From IMG/VR virus record IMGVR_UViG_3300045988_020762: a DNA stretch of 42,494 nucleotides. One strand, 5' to 3'. Below the pieces are notes generated by a model. The model searched no databases. It saw only the letters and a list, made by a program, of their open reading frames with translations, and had not been told where the DNA came from. A program made the position numbers and the translations under genes. This stretch comes from a virus. How positions within the stretch are numbered: position 1 is the stretch's first letter; each line of letters opens with the position of its first letter. This document shows positions 30,129 to 38,713 of this stretch, in pieces.

Positions 30129-30556
30129 CGGTCTACAATCCGGTCAAAGAAACCGACAAGGAGACGTTTCAGGAAACGCAAAAGCTGTATGTGACCGTAC
30201 TTCGTGGCGTGATGCTGCAAGCGTCTAAGGCGGTTAACGTGCGCGAGAGCGGCCTTGCCGGAGCGGATGCGGTTGACCTCTACATTCCGTTTGACGTGGA
30301 AGCCGTGGACGGCTTTACTGGCAAGGCAAAAACCTATGCCGGTCCGCAGCGGTTTTACGCAGCGGAGGACAAAACCGACCTGTGGACGCTTTCTGTCAAA
30401 GGCAACGGCGGGACAACGTTTTTCATCAAAGGCGAGTTTGTGACGGATAACGAAACCGTGGCGCTGGCTCAAGACAACTGCTACACCGTGACCAAGGTTG
30501 ACGAAAAGGATTTCGGCAGCGTTGATATGCAGCACTGGCAGGTCGGAGGCGTGTGA
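30107..30556 (+). CDS. Head-tail joining protein (head closure-like)
   Basis: Assigned from position and size in the connector block. Confidence 0.6.
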   Translation: MYAPHTVTVYNPVKETDKETFQETQKLYVTVLRGVMLQASKAVNVRESGLAGADAVDLYIPFDVEAVDGFTGKAKTYAGPQRFYAAEDKTDLWTLSVKGNGGTTFFIKGEFVTDNETVALAQDNCYTVTKVDEKDFGSVDMQHWQVGGV

Positions 30557-30557
30557 T

Positions 30558-30968
30558 ATGGCGTTGAAATTTTCCGTTCAGACGGACGGCATGGACGCTG
30601 TAAAAGAGGCTGTTTCCAAGGGCTGTGATCGCGCAGAACACGTTCTGGCGGTGCAGGTCGCCAAAGATACCGCTCCGTTTGTGCCTATGCTCACAGGCTC
30701 TCTTAGGACGCGTACAAGGGTAACGGGAAACACGGTTGTTTATCCAGGGCCGTATGCCAGATATCTGTACTACGGCAAACTGTACGTTGACCCGCTGACC
30801 GGAAGCTCTTATGCACGGAAGGGCGTTACAAAGGTTCCGGCAGTGCCAGAAAAGGATTTGATTTTCCACAGACCGGGAACCCGCTCCCATTGGTTCGAGG
30901 CGTCCAAGGCTCAGAACATGAAAAAGTGGGTGCGTGTAGCAGAAAAGGCGGTGAAGCATGATCTCTAA
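30558..30968 (+). CDS. Tail/neck protein (HK97 gp10-like minor structural protein)
   Basis: GGAGG RBS. DTAPFVPMLTGSLRTR...GPYARYLYYG is the family pattern. Confidence 0.6.
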   Translation: MALKFSVQTDGMDAVKEAVSKGCDRAEHVLAVQVAKDTAPFVPMLTGSLRTRTRVTGNTVVYPGPYARYLYYGKLYVDPLTGSSYARKGVTKVPAVPEKDLIFHRPGTRSHWFEASKAQNMKKWVRVAEKAVKHDL

Positions 30969-31422
30969 AGAAAAACCTGTGATGCTGGCATCCAGCAGCG
31001 AAAAAGCAGATCTTGACCGCCTGATGCTGATTTGGGCAAACCGCTTTCCCGGTATCCCGGAGAATGTGGATCTGATCAAATACGAGTATTTCGCGGCGAA
31101 AACGGTAGGGATGGCGCTTTCCTCCGTTCAGGGGGCCGTTATCACCAAGAAGTATATCTGCGGTGGATATCAGGCGGAGTATTCGTTTGAAATCCACTAC
31201 CAGATTGCACCACCCGGCAAGAGTGACGATACACGCTTGAAGGCGGTTGAAGTGCTGAACAAATTTGCGGACTGGGCGCAGATGCAGCGACCGGACATTG
31301 GAGAGGGCAGGCGCGCCCTCCGCGTTGAGACTTCTGCGTTTGCATCGTATCTCGGCGCGACAAGCGACCAATACGAGGACTACATGGTCCCGCTAAAACT
31401 GATTTACGAGGTGAATGTATAA
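30958..31422 (+). CDS. Tail terminator-like protein
   Basis: Assigned from its position directly before the major tail protein gene. Confidence 0.55.
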   Translation: MISKEKPVMLASSSEKADLDRLMLIWANRFPGIPENVDLIKYEYFAAKTVGMALSSVQGAVITKKYICGGYQAEYSFEIHYQIAPPGKSDDTRLKAVEVLNKFADWAQMQRPDIGEGRRALRVETSAFASYLGATSDQYEDYMVPLKLIYEVNV

Positions 31423-31943
31423 TGGCAGATTTAACTTTTGCGACGCCCGAAGGTCAGACCATTGACCGCGAGCTTTTGATCGCGTATCTGAATACCGGCT
31501 CTAAGGAAGCTCCCACTTGGAGCGCCATCGGTAAGCGCGTAGAGGATTCCAGCGAAGAGATGGACTGGGGTCAGGAGAGCAAACAGGACATCCTGGGCAA
31601 CACCTTCACCACCATGAAGAAGCCCGTTATTTCCCAGACCTTTGATCCCATCCCTCTGGATGCTGGTGACGCTGCTGCGGTGAAGATGTGGAACCTTGCC
31701 GTCAAGGATCATGACGCGCAGGCTCTTGCCAATCAGGACATGATGATTGGACACTTCTACGCTACGTCCGGCGAGGCGAAGTTTGCCGAGCGGTATGATT
31801 CCTGTGCTATTGCCGTGACGGGCATAGGCGGCGACGGCGGCGGTACGCTCAACATCACGAGTGAGATCACCTACGGCGGCAATCGTACCCTGGGCACCAT
31901 TACCAAGGATACCAGTGGTGTGACCTTTACGGCAGGGGTTTAA
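31422..31943 (+). CDS. Major tail protein
   Basis: 173 aa, followed by a strong terminator and then the chaperone genes. Confidence 0.75.
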   Translation: MADLTFATPEGQTIDRELLIAYLNTGSKEAPTWSAIGKRVEDSSEEMDWGQESKQDILGNTFTTMKKPVISQTFDPIPLDAGDAAAVKMWNLAVKDHDAQALANQDMMIGHFYATSGEAKFAERYDSCAIAVTGIGGDGGGTLNITSEITYGGNRTLGTITKDTSGVTFTAGV

Positions 31944-31950
31944 AAACAAA

Positions 31951-31977
31951 GGGGCGGGCGCAAACCCGCCCCAATTT
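31951..31977 (+). terminator. Rho-independent terminator after the major tail gene
   Basis: ggggcggg-cgcaaa-cccgcccc followed by aattt. Confidence 0.65.
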
Positions 31978-31988
31978 CGGAGGCTATT

Positions 31989-32408
31989 ATGAAAGACCTG
32001 ATTTTCGATACCGGTTTAGTTACCTACAACATCAACGGAAAATGCGAATTCTCCTTTAACCCCACCGACAGCGCTTTTGTGGAAAAGCTGTTTAACGCCT
32101 TTGACATCCTCGACAAGAAGCAGGATGCGTACAAGGCAGAGGTGGAAAAGACTGCCAACAAGCGGGAAGTTTTTGAAACCGCCCGGAAGATGGACGAGGA
32201 AATGCGCGAGATCATCAACGATGTGTTCGGCTTTGACATTTGCTCTGCCCTGTTTGGCGAGATGAACGTATATGCGCTGGCGGACGGCCTGCCTGTGTGG
32301 GCGAACCTGATGCTTGCCATCATGGATGAGGTTGACACCACCTTTGCCCGTGAGCAGAAAGCCACCAACCCCCGCGTGAGCAAGTATACGAAGAAGTACC
32401 ACAAATGA
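31989..32408 (+). CDS. Tail assembly chaperone
   Basis: Acidic 139-aa protein between the major tail and TMP genes. Confidence 0.7.
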   Translation: MKDLIFDTGLVTYNINGKCEFSFNPTDSAFVEKLFNAFDILDKKQDAYKAEVEKTANKREVFETARKMDEEMREIINDVFGFDICSALFGEMNVYALADGLPVWANLMLAIMDEVDTTFAREQKATNPRVSKYTKKYHK

Positions 32409-32953
32409 GGTACGATCTGCCGACTGCCGTAGAGGTAAACGGCACTGAGTACCAGATACGCTCTGACTATCGCGATATCCTAACGATCATTGAGGCACTG
32501 TCTGACGCTGAGTTGTCGGAGGAAGAAAAGGCCGAGGCCATGCTTGACATTTTCTATCCAGACTTCGCGGAAATGCCGCAGAGCTACTACGAGGAAGCGA
32601 TCAAGCAATGCGCAAAATTCATCAACTGCGGCGAAGAGCAGCGTGAAGAAAAGCGTGGGCCGAAGCTGATGGATTGGCAACAGGACTTTCCCCTGATCGT
32701 TGCCCCAGTCAACCGCGTTCTGGGACAAGAAGTCAGATCTGTTGAGTATCTGCACTGGTGGACGTGGGTATCCGCGTATCAGGAAATCGGGGATTGCACC
32801 TTTGCCCAGGTTGTGGGAATCCGCAACAAAAAGGCAAAGGGGAAGAAACTGGATAAAAGCGAACAGGAGTTTTACAAGCAGAACCGGCACCTGGTTGACT
32901 TCAAGCGGCAGTATACGGAACAGGACGAGGACGTTATCAGCAAATGGATATGA
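32405..32953 (+). CDS. Gp15-family tail assembly protein
   Basis: MRYDLPTAVEVNGTEYQIRSDYRDILTIIEAL is typical of phage Gp15 proteins. ATGA coupling. Confidence 0.7.
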   Translation: MRYDLPTAVEVNGTEYQIRSDYRDILTIIEALSDAELSEEEKAEAMLDIFYPDFAEMPQSYYEEAIKQCAKFINCGEEQREEKRGPKLMDWQQDFPLIVAPVNRVLGQEVRSVEYLHWWTWVSAYQEIGDCTFAQVVGIRNKKAKGKKLDKSEQEFYKQNRHLVDFKRQYTEQDEDVISKWI

Positions 32954-32957
32954 AAAC

Positions 32958-32975
32958 CGCCCTCCGGAAAGGGCG
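32958..32975. terminator. Short hairpin between convergent genes
   Basis: cgccct-ccggaa-agggcg with A/T-rich flanks. Confidence 0.4.
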
Positions 32976-32987
32976 CTGATTGGTGGC

Positions 32988-33653
32988 TTATTTTTCTACC
33001 AATTCTGCATCAATGCTGACTGTTTTGGGGTCAAAAGTCAATTTATATGTTTTTGACTCGCAAACATTCAGCTTAAATTTTTGGCTTGAAACGCATCCGC
33101 GAGCAATCGAAATTGTGTGGAAGCCAAAATCGAGACGTAGAGAAACGGGCGCGTCCAAATTATACCCGGTTTTTTCTCCATCAATAATTAAAATTGATTT
33201 CCCCTCCATAACTGAACGAGGGCGTTCACATTCCACATAAAAGTTTGGCGAGTTTGAACTATTGGCATTTACCAAATTAGACATTTTCTCCACTAAGGAT
33301 TCCGATCTCTTTTGGAATAATTCATCTGGGATTATACCAGAATCGTGCAAATCTTTTAGTTTTTGCAATTCGTCCAAAATTGACCCGCTTGTTTGAGTAT
33401 CATCACTTTTGTTCTGGCTTGTTTGGTTTGAAATTGCAATTAACTTATCAAACAATTCTTTTTCCTTTTTCTTGTTTCCTGTGGGGGGAGTCGGCGTACA
33501 TTCAATTACAGCGGTAGTCCCGTCTGCATATTCGACAAAAAAACTATAAAGAGAAAAGTTTGAGGTATGAAACAACAAAGTTTCTTCCGCTTGTCTAACG
33601 CCAAGGAGCTTTGCGGATTTAATTTTGCTTGGTTTTTTGCTAAAAAGGCTCAT
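32988..33653 (-). CDS. AT-rich reverse-oriented moron: protein with central SHOCT-like motif, 221 aa
   Basis: AAGGAG RBS before ATG 33653. ILDELQKLKDLHDSGIIPDELFQKRSESLV resembles a SHOCT motif. This is the only minus-strand gene in the structural region. Confidence 0.7.
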   Translation of the reverse strand: MSLFSKKPSKIKSAKLLGVRQAEETLLFHTSNFSLYSFFVEYADGTTAVIECTPTPPTGNKKKEKELFDKLIAISNQTSQNKSDDTQTSGSILDELQKLKDLHDSGIIPDELFQKRSESLVEKMSNLVNANSSNSPNFYVECERPRSVMEGKSILIIDGEKTGYNLDAPVSLRLDFGFHTISIARGCVSSQKFKLNVCESKTYKLTFDPKTVSIDAELVEK

Positions 33654-33682
33654 TATATCACTCCTTAACAATTGTTTCATTC

Positions 33683-33711
33683 AATATAACATATAAAATT
33701 GCACATTTCAA
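33683..33711 (-). promoter_or_regulatory. Dedicated promoter for the reverse-oriented moron
   Basis: On the minus strand: TTGAAA, 17-nt spacer, TGtTATATT (extended -10). Confidence 0.55.
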
Positions 33712-33733
33712 GCAATAGAAAGAGGGTGATTGC

Positions 33734-36154
33734 ATGGCGGATGGTTCCGTTATTATCAAGGCGGATGTTGATGACAAACAAGCGCAGGCTGAATTAAACC
33801 GGCTTACTAAAAAAATAGATTCGCTCAATGAAAAAATCAGCGATAAAAAGCAAGAGCAGATGCCACTGGTTGAGCAATCAAAACAATTAGCGGCTGTTCT
33901 CGATGACGCAAAGGCGAAACTGGACTATATGAAAAGCGGCGATGCGTTTTTTACATCCAGCTCTATAAAGGAGCAGGAGCAGACAGTAGCATCATTGCAA
34001 AAAGAATGGGACGGTGTGCAAAAAAAGGTTGAGGCAATGGATACGTCCATCGCCAAAGATACCCGAAGCCTTGAACGAATGAGCACCCGGGCGGGAGAAC
34101 TTTCTGCACAGCTCGCGGGAGCCAAAAGACACACTCAGGGGATGTCACCCGCAGCCCAAGAAGCGGCAAAGCAGATGGAAAAATTCACCAACCGCATCAA
34201 GGGCCTTGCTCGACGCGTTTTTGTTTTTACGCTCATCACAAAGGCACTTCGCGCATTGAAAGATTATATGTGGAGTGCCATTCAAACAAACGAAAAGGCC
34301 ATGAAGGCGGTTTCAAAGTTAAAAGGTGCTTTGCTGGTTTTAGCACAGCCCATTTTGAATGTGCTTATCCCTGCGTTTACTGTTTTTGTAAATGTGCTGA
34401 CACGTATAGTCAATACAATTTCCGACCTTGTTTCAAAAATATTTGGGACAACGGCAGAAGCATCTGCGGAAGCTGCTGAGAATCTATACGAAGAAAGCAG
34501 TGCAATGGATAAAACCGGGAAAGCTGCAAAGAAAACAAGTAAATCTTTAGCATCTTTTGACGAAATCAATAAGCTTTCCGGCAGCAATGACAAGGCCAAA
34601 AATGGGCCGGATTTTACAACGGGAATAAACGATCAACTTAGCGCAATCATGGAACTATTTACCGGTGCGCTTTTGCTTGCCATCGGCGCAATTTTAACGT
34701 TTTCCGGCGCTAATATTCCGGTTGGCATTACCCTGATGGCTTTAGGCGCTGCGGCGATCTGGGGTGCTGTAAAGACAGACTGGGGGGCAATCGCAAAACT
34801 GCTGCAAGGCCCAATCGGGGTTGTTACTGCGATCCTGTCGGTTGCGTTGCTTGCCATCGGTGCAATTATTTTGTTCTCCGGAGCAAACATACCATTGGGC
34901 TTGGGGTTGATGGTTGCTGGAGCAATCGGTCTTGCGTCTGTTGTTGCAGCTAATTGGGATACTGTTAAAAAGATGCTGCAAGGCCCAATCGGAGCCGTTG
35001 TTGCTCTTTTGAGTTTTGCGCTACTCGTAATCGGTGCAGTGATTCTGTTTTCTGGCGCAAACATCCCGCTTGGCCTTGCGCTAATGGCTGTTGGTGCTGC
35101 TGGGATGGCAACGGTCATTGCGGCAAATTGGGATACAATTAAAGAAGCACTGCAAGGCCCAATCGGAGCCGTTGTTGGCCTGCTTTCTGGCGCGTTGTTG
35201 GTTTTGGGTGCAATCTTGGCGTTTAGCGGTGCAAGTGTTCCGCTCGGTTTAGGGCTAATGGTTGCTGGCGCAATTGGGCTTGCGACTACGGTTGCGGCGA
35301 ATTGGGATACAATTAAAACCTTGCTGCAAGGCGCTATTGGCGGCGTTGTTGCCGTGGTTAGCAGCGCACTATTGGTTATCGGCGCAGTCTTAGTATTCAG
35401 CGGAGTCGCACTTCCTCTCGGGATTGGATTACTTATTGCCGGAGCTGCCGGTCTTGCGGCAACGGTGATTGCAAACTGGGATACAATAACAAATCTGCTG
35501 GGTGGCCCCATCGGAGCAATCACGGCTATGATAAGCGGCGCTTTGCTTGTCTTGGGCGTAATCCTTGTGTTTACCGGAGTTGGTATCCCTCTTGGTTTGG
35601 GAATGATCGTAACCGGAGCGGCTGGACTTGGCTCTGTGGTGGCACTCAACTGGGACTATCTGAAAGAAAAATTAAGCGAAACGTGGGAAAGTATCAAATC
35701 TTGGTGGCAATCAAGCGTTGCAAAGTATTTCACCGTTGAATATTGGCAAGACCTTGGCAAAAACATTATTGATGGGTTGCTCAATGGTTTGAAGTCAGCG
35801 TTTGAAAGCGTGAAATCTTGGGCTTCTAATGCAATGGGGAGCATCAAAAATGCATTTACAGGCGGCGGTAACGTCCGCACACCTGCCATCAATTCCGCAT
35901 CCGTTCCCCGTTTGGCGACCGGCGCAGTGATTCCCCCGAACCGTGAGTTTTTGGCGGTGCTGGGTGACCAGAAGCTGGGGAACAACATTGAAGCCCCTGA
36001 ATCTGCTATCGAGGCAGCGGTGGCCCGTGGCATGGCTCAGTATGGTGGAGGCAATCAGACGGCAATCCTTAAAATCGGCGAACAGGAATTGGGCCGCATT
36101 ATCTTCAAGCTGAACAAAGACCAGACGCAGCGCGTTGGCATTAAAGTGACCTAA
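33734..36154 (+). CDS. Tape measure protein
   Basis: 806 aa. Coiled-coil N-terminus, repeated hydrophobic central region, position after the chaperones. Confidence 0.9.
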   Translation: MADGSVIIKADVDDKQAQAELNRLTKKIDSLNEKISDKKQEQMPLVEQSKQLAAVLDDAKAKLDYMKSGDAFFTSSSIKEQEQTVASLQKEWDGVQKKVEAMDTSIAKDTRSLERMSTRAGELSAQLAGAKRHTQGMSPAAQEAAKQMEKFTNRIKGLARRVFVFTLITKALRALKDYMWSAIQTNEKAMKAVSKLKGALLVLAQPILNVLIPAFTVFVNVLTRIVNTISDLVSKIFGTTAEASAEAAENLYEESSAMDKTGKAAKKTSKSLASFDEINKLSGSNDKAKNGPDFTTGINDQLSAIMELFTGALLLAIGAILTFSGANIPVGITLMALGAAAIWGAVKTDWGAIAKLLQGPIGVVTAILSVALLAIGAIILFSGANIPLGLGLMVAGAIGLASVVAANWDTVKKMLQGPIGAVVALLSFALLVIGAVILFSGANIPLGLALMAVGAAGMATVIAANWDTIKEALQGPIGAVVGLLSGALLVLGAILAFSGASVPLGLGLMVAGAIGLATTVAANWDTIKTLLQGAIGGVVAVVSSALLVIGAVLVFSGVALPLGIGLLIAGAAGLAATVIANWDTITNLLGGPIGAITAMISGALLVLGVILVFTGVGIPLGLGMIVTGAAGLGSVVALNWDYLKEKLSETWESIKSWWQSSVAKYFTVEYWQDLGKNIIDGLLNGLKSAFESVKSWASNAMGSIKNAFTGGGNVRTPAINSASVPRLATGAVIPPNREFLAVLGDQKLGNNIEAPESAIEAAVARGMAQYGGGNQTAILKIGEQELGRIIFKLNKDQTQRVGIKVT
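34628..35671 (+). repeat. Six tandem 174-nt (58-aa) hydrophobic repeats inside the TMP gene
   Basis: The marker ctgcaaggcccaatcgg, or a variant of it, recurs at 34802, 34976, 35150, 35324 and 35498, exactly 174 nt apart. The first unit (34628) is degenerate. Confidence 0.85.
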
Positions 36155-36165
36155 AGGCGGTGTAT

Positions 36166-36564
36166 ATGAATTACATCAAAATTAACGGGACATCGTTTGA
36201 TGTGAATGTAGCGATCTCTAAGTACAATGAAAATTTCAGCGTTCTCGATGGAGAGAACGCTGGGAGATCAAAGGACACAGGCCGGATGATCCGGGATGTT
36301 CTGGGAACGTACATTGGGCATAAGGTGACTGTTTTCCGCAGAGGGGACGATTACAGAAGCTACGATGCGTTCTGGAACTATCTCAAAGCCCATTCCGTTG
36401 ACGATTCTGTTTTGCTTGAAGCTGCGGACGGAAACACAACTATTTCCTATCGCGCATATTACACCAGCGCATCGCACGATATTGAAAAGGTTGAAAACGG
36501 AGTCAATTATTGGGGAGAAATTGAAATCCATTTCATCCCAATCGCACCGCAAATCACGCGGTAA
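36166..36564 (+). CDS. Distal tail protein-like small protein
   Basis: Assigned from its position after the TMP gene (MNYIKINGTSFDV...). Confidence 0.6.
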   Translation: MNYIKINGTSFDVNVAISKYNENFSVLDGENAGRSKDTGRMIRDVLGTYIGHKVTVFRRGDDYRSYDAFWNYLKAHSVDDSVLLEAADGNTTISYRAYYTSASHDIEKVENGVNYWGEIEIHFIPIAPQITR

Positions 36565-36573
36565 GGAGGGCGT

Positions 36574-38703
36574 ATGGATTATATCATGATCGGCCCCTAC
36601 CAGTTTGATCGGGATGCATCTAAGGACGATATGCGGTTAGACTACTGCTCATCTTTTCAAGAAGTTGCATTGGATGAAAGCAGCCTTTCGTTCGATACGG
36701 TCAGCGTAGAAGTTTGCACCACAACAATAGGCGCACAGCTTTCTGCACTCCCCAATAATACCCCCATCATTGTTTACAGAGGCGGCGAAATCAAAGCAAG
36801 ATTTGTAAGCAGCGGCGTTTCCCGTATCGGGCCTGTCACTTATCAACTTACAGGGCGGTCTCCTATGGGCGCGCTTACCGGCATGGTGCATACTGGCGGC
36901 ATTTACACAGGCCAGACCGTGGAAGAGGTTGTAAAAGAAATCTGCGGCAACATCCCTTCGCTGATAAAAAGTGTATATGCCGGAGTTAAACTTTATGGCT
37001 GGCTTCCTTATGCGGATGGGAAAGAACGCTCTGCACGAGACAACCTCGCACAAGTTCTTTTCGCCATTGGGGCCTATCTTTGTACGGACCTAAACGGCGT
37101 TTTGAGAATTGAGCCATTGTGGGACGGTACGGCATCACTAATTGAAGTTGACCGCTCTTACACCGGGGGAACTGTGAAATATGATTCTCCCATCTCCGCC
37201 GTGACGGTGACAGAGCACCAGTATGTGGCGGGGACGGAAACGAAGGAGTTGTTTTCCGGCACGGCGCAGAATGGCGATATCATCACAATCTCTGAGCCGA
37301 TGCACTCCCTCTCCGCAACCGGCTTTACCATTCTGGAAAGCGGCGCGAACTACGCAAAGATTTCCGCAGGAACTGGCGCACTGACCGGAAAGGCGTATAT
37401 CCACAACACCCGCTTAATCACTCAGCCCGTGACGGCAGGCGCGGCGGAAAACGTGAAGTCGGTTACGGATGCCACACTGGTATCTCTGGTAAACTCCTAC
37501 GCCGTGGCGAAGCGTCTTGCAGACTATTACCGATGCCGCGAAACTATCACCAATGACATTGTAAGCGGACATGAGAAACCGGGCCATGTTGTGAGCGTAT
37601 ATCATCCGTATGACAAGAAAATGGTTTCTGCGTGTATCCAGTCTTTGGACACCACCATGAGCGCGACGCTAAAAAGCAGCATGGAGGCGCTGGTTGGATT
37701 CACCCCGGCACAGCCGGAATCTGCGGAGTATTTTGACGAGCGGGTTCTGCTGACCGGATCGGGCACGTGGACGCCGCCGGAAGGCGCCGAAGCACTGACG
37801 GTGGTCCTGATCGGAGACGGGCAGGACGGCACTGCCGGGCAGAATGGTGAAGGCGTGGCACTCACGGGCCAGACGATCCCAAACACCTGTTCCGGCTCCT
37901 TTCCCAGTGCGCCCGCCGGAAAAGGCGGCAAGGCAGGTGCTCCCGGCTCCGGCGGCAAGATTTTTCAAATCACCATAGACATCACCCCCGGCATGAGCTT
38001 TTCCTATGCCACCAGCCAAAACGGCGAGGCCGTATTCGGAAGCCATTCCAGCGCGGAAGGCTCTGCGTCTGCCAGTGGTTACTATGATGACGTCACCGGG
38101 AAAACCTATGCCCGGCAGGGCGCGGTTGGCTACGACGGCGGTGACGGCGGCGCTCCCGGCGCATCCGGCGGGTCTGTGGCCGGCTACAAAGGCGGCTACG
38201 GATACAAACCGGCGGAATACACCATGCGGATGACCGAGGACAACATCCGCTATACGCAGACCTTCAAGCACCAGGGCATCGGCGGACCCGGCGCGGCGAT
38301 GGGGACAGAAGTCACATGGGGGCCGTCTGTTTTCTCTGTCGGCCTGCCGACATTTATTCCCAATATCGAAATCAAAGGCAGTGCCCCCGGCGCATCGGCA
38401 GTTCCCGGCGCTGACGGCGAAAACTACGGCGATGGCGGCGGAGCCGGGCACGGTGGCGGCGGTGCAGGCGGAATTGGCAGTTGTAGCATCTCAATGTCTC
38501 CCACGCCCCCGTCCACGCAGCACCAGTCTATCAACTTTTCCGGCGACCTCCAGCGCGGCGGCTCCGGCAGCAAAGGCGGCAAAGGACAGCCCGGCTGCAT
38601 CATCCTGTTTTACGGGAAGAAGAAAACCATCAAGTCTGGCCCATTGGTACAAAAGGGCGGCGGGTTGTTTTTCGACCGCCTAAACAAACTTTTCATCGTG
38701 TGA
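36574..38703 (+). CDS. Tail-associated/baseplate protein with C-terminal glycine-rich domain
   Basis: 709 aa. The N-terminal ~390 aa are tail-tip-like. The C-terminal region starts at TGSGTWTPPEGAEALTVVLIGDGQDG and has many GG runs. Confidence 0.75.
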   Translation: MDYIMIGPYQFDRDASKDDMRLDYCSSFQEVALDESSLSFDTVSVEVCTTTIGAQLSALPNNTPIIVYRGGEIKARFVSSGVSRIGPVTYQLTGRSPMGALTGMVHTGGIYTGQTVEEVVKEICGNIPSLIKSVYAGVKLYGWLPYADGKERSARDNLAQVLFAIGAYLCTDLNGVLRIEPLWDGTASLIEVDRSYTGGTVKYDSPISAVTVTEHQYVAGTETKELFSGTAQNGDIITISEPMHSLSATGFTILESGANYAKISAGTGALTGKAYIHNTRLITQPVTAGAAENVKSVTDATLVSLVNSYAVAKRLADYYRCRETITNDIVSGHEKPGHVVSVYHPYDKKMVSACIQSLDTTMSATLKSSMEALVGFTPAQPESAEYFDERVLLTGSGTWTPPEGAEALTVVLIGDGQDGTAGQNGEGVALTGQTIPNTCSGSFPSAPAGKGGKAGAPGSGGKIFQITIDITPGMSFSYATSQNGEAVFGSHSSAEGSASASGYYDDVTGKTYARQGAVGYDGGDGGAPGASGGSVAGYKGGYGYKPAEYTMRMTEDNIRYTQTFKHQGIGGPGAAMGTEVTWGPSVFSVGLPTFIPNIEIKGSAPGASAVPGADGENYGDGGGAGHGGGGAGGIGSCSISMSPTPPSTQHQSINFSGDLQRGGSGSKGGKGQPGCIILFYGKKKTIKSGPLVQKGGGLFFDRLNKLFIV

Positions 38704-38713
38704 GGTGTGAAAA

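Noticed and set aside
31989-32953. Programmed -1 frameshift between the two tail chaperone ORFs
   Set aside because: The second ORF has its own ATG in an ATGA overlap. No slippery heptamer is visible near the end of the first ORF.
34633-35649. 338-aa ORF on the minus strand
   Set aside because: It is antisense to the repeated hydrophobic part of the tape measure gene. The open frame is a by-product of the 174-nt repeat.
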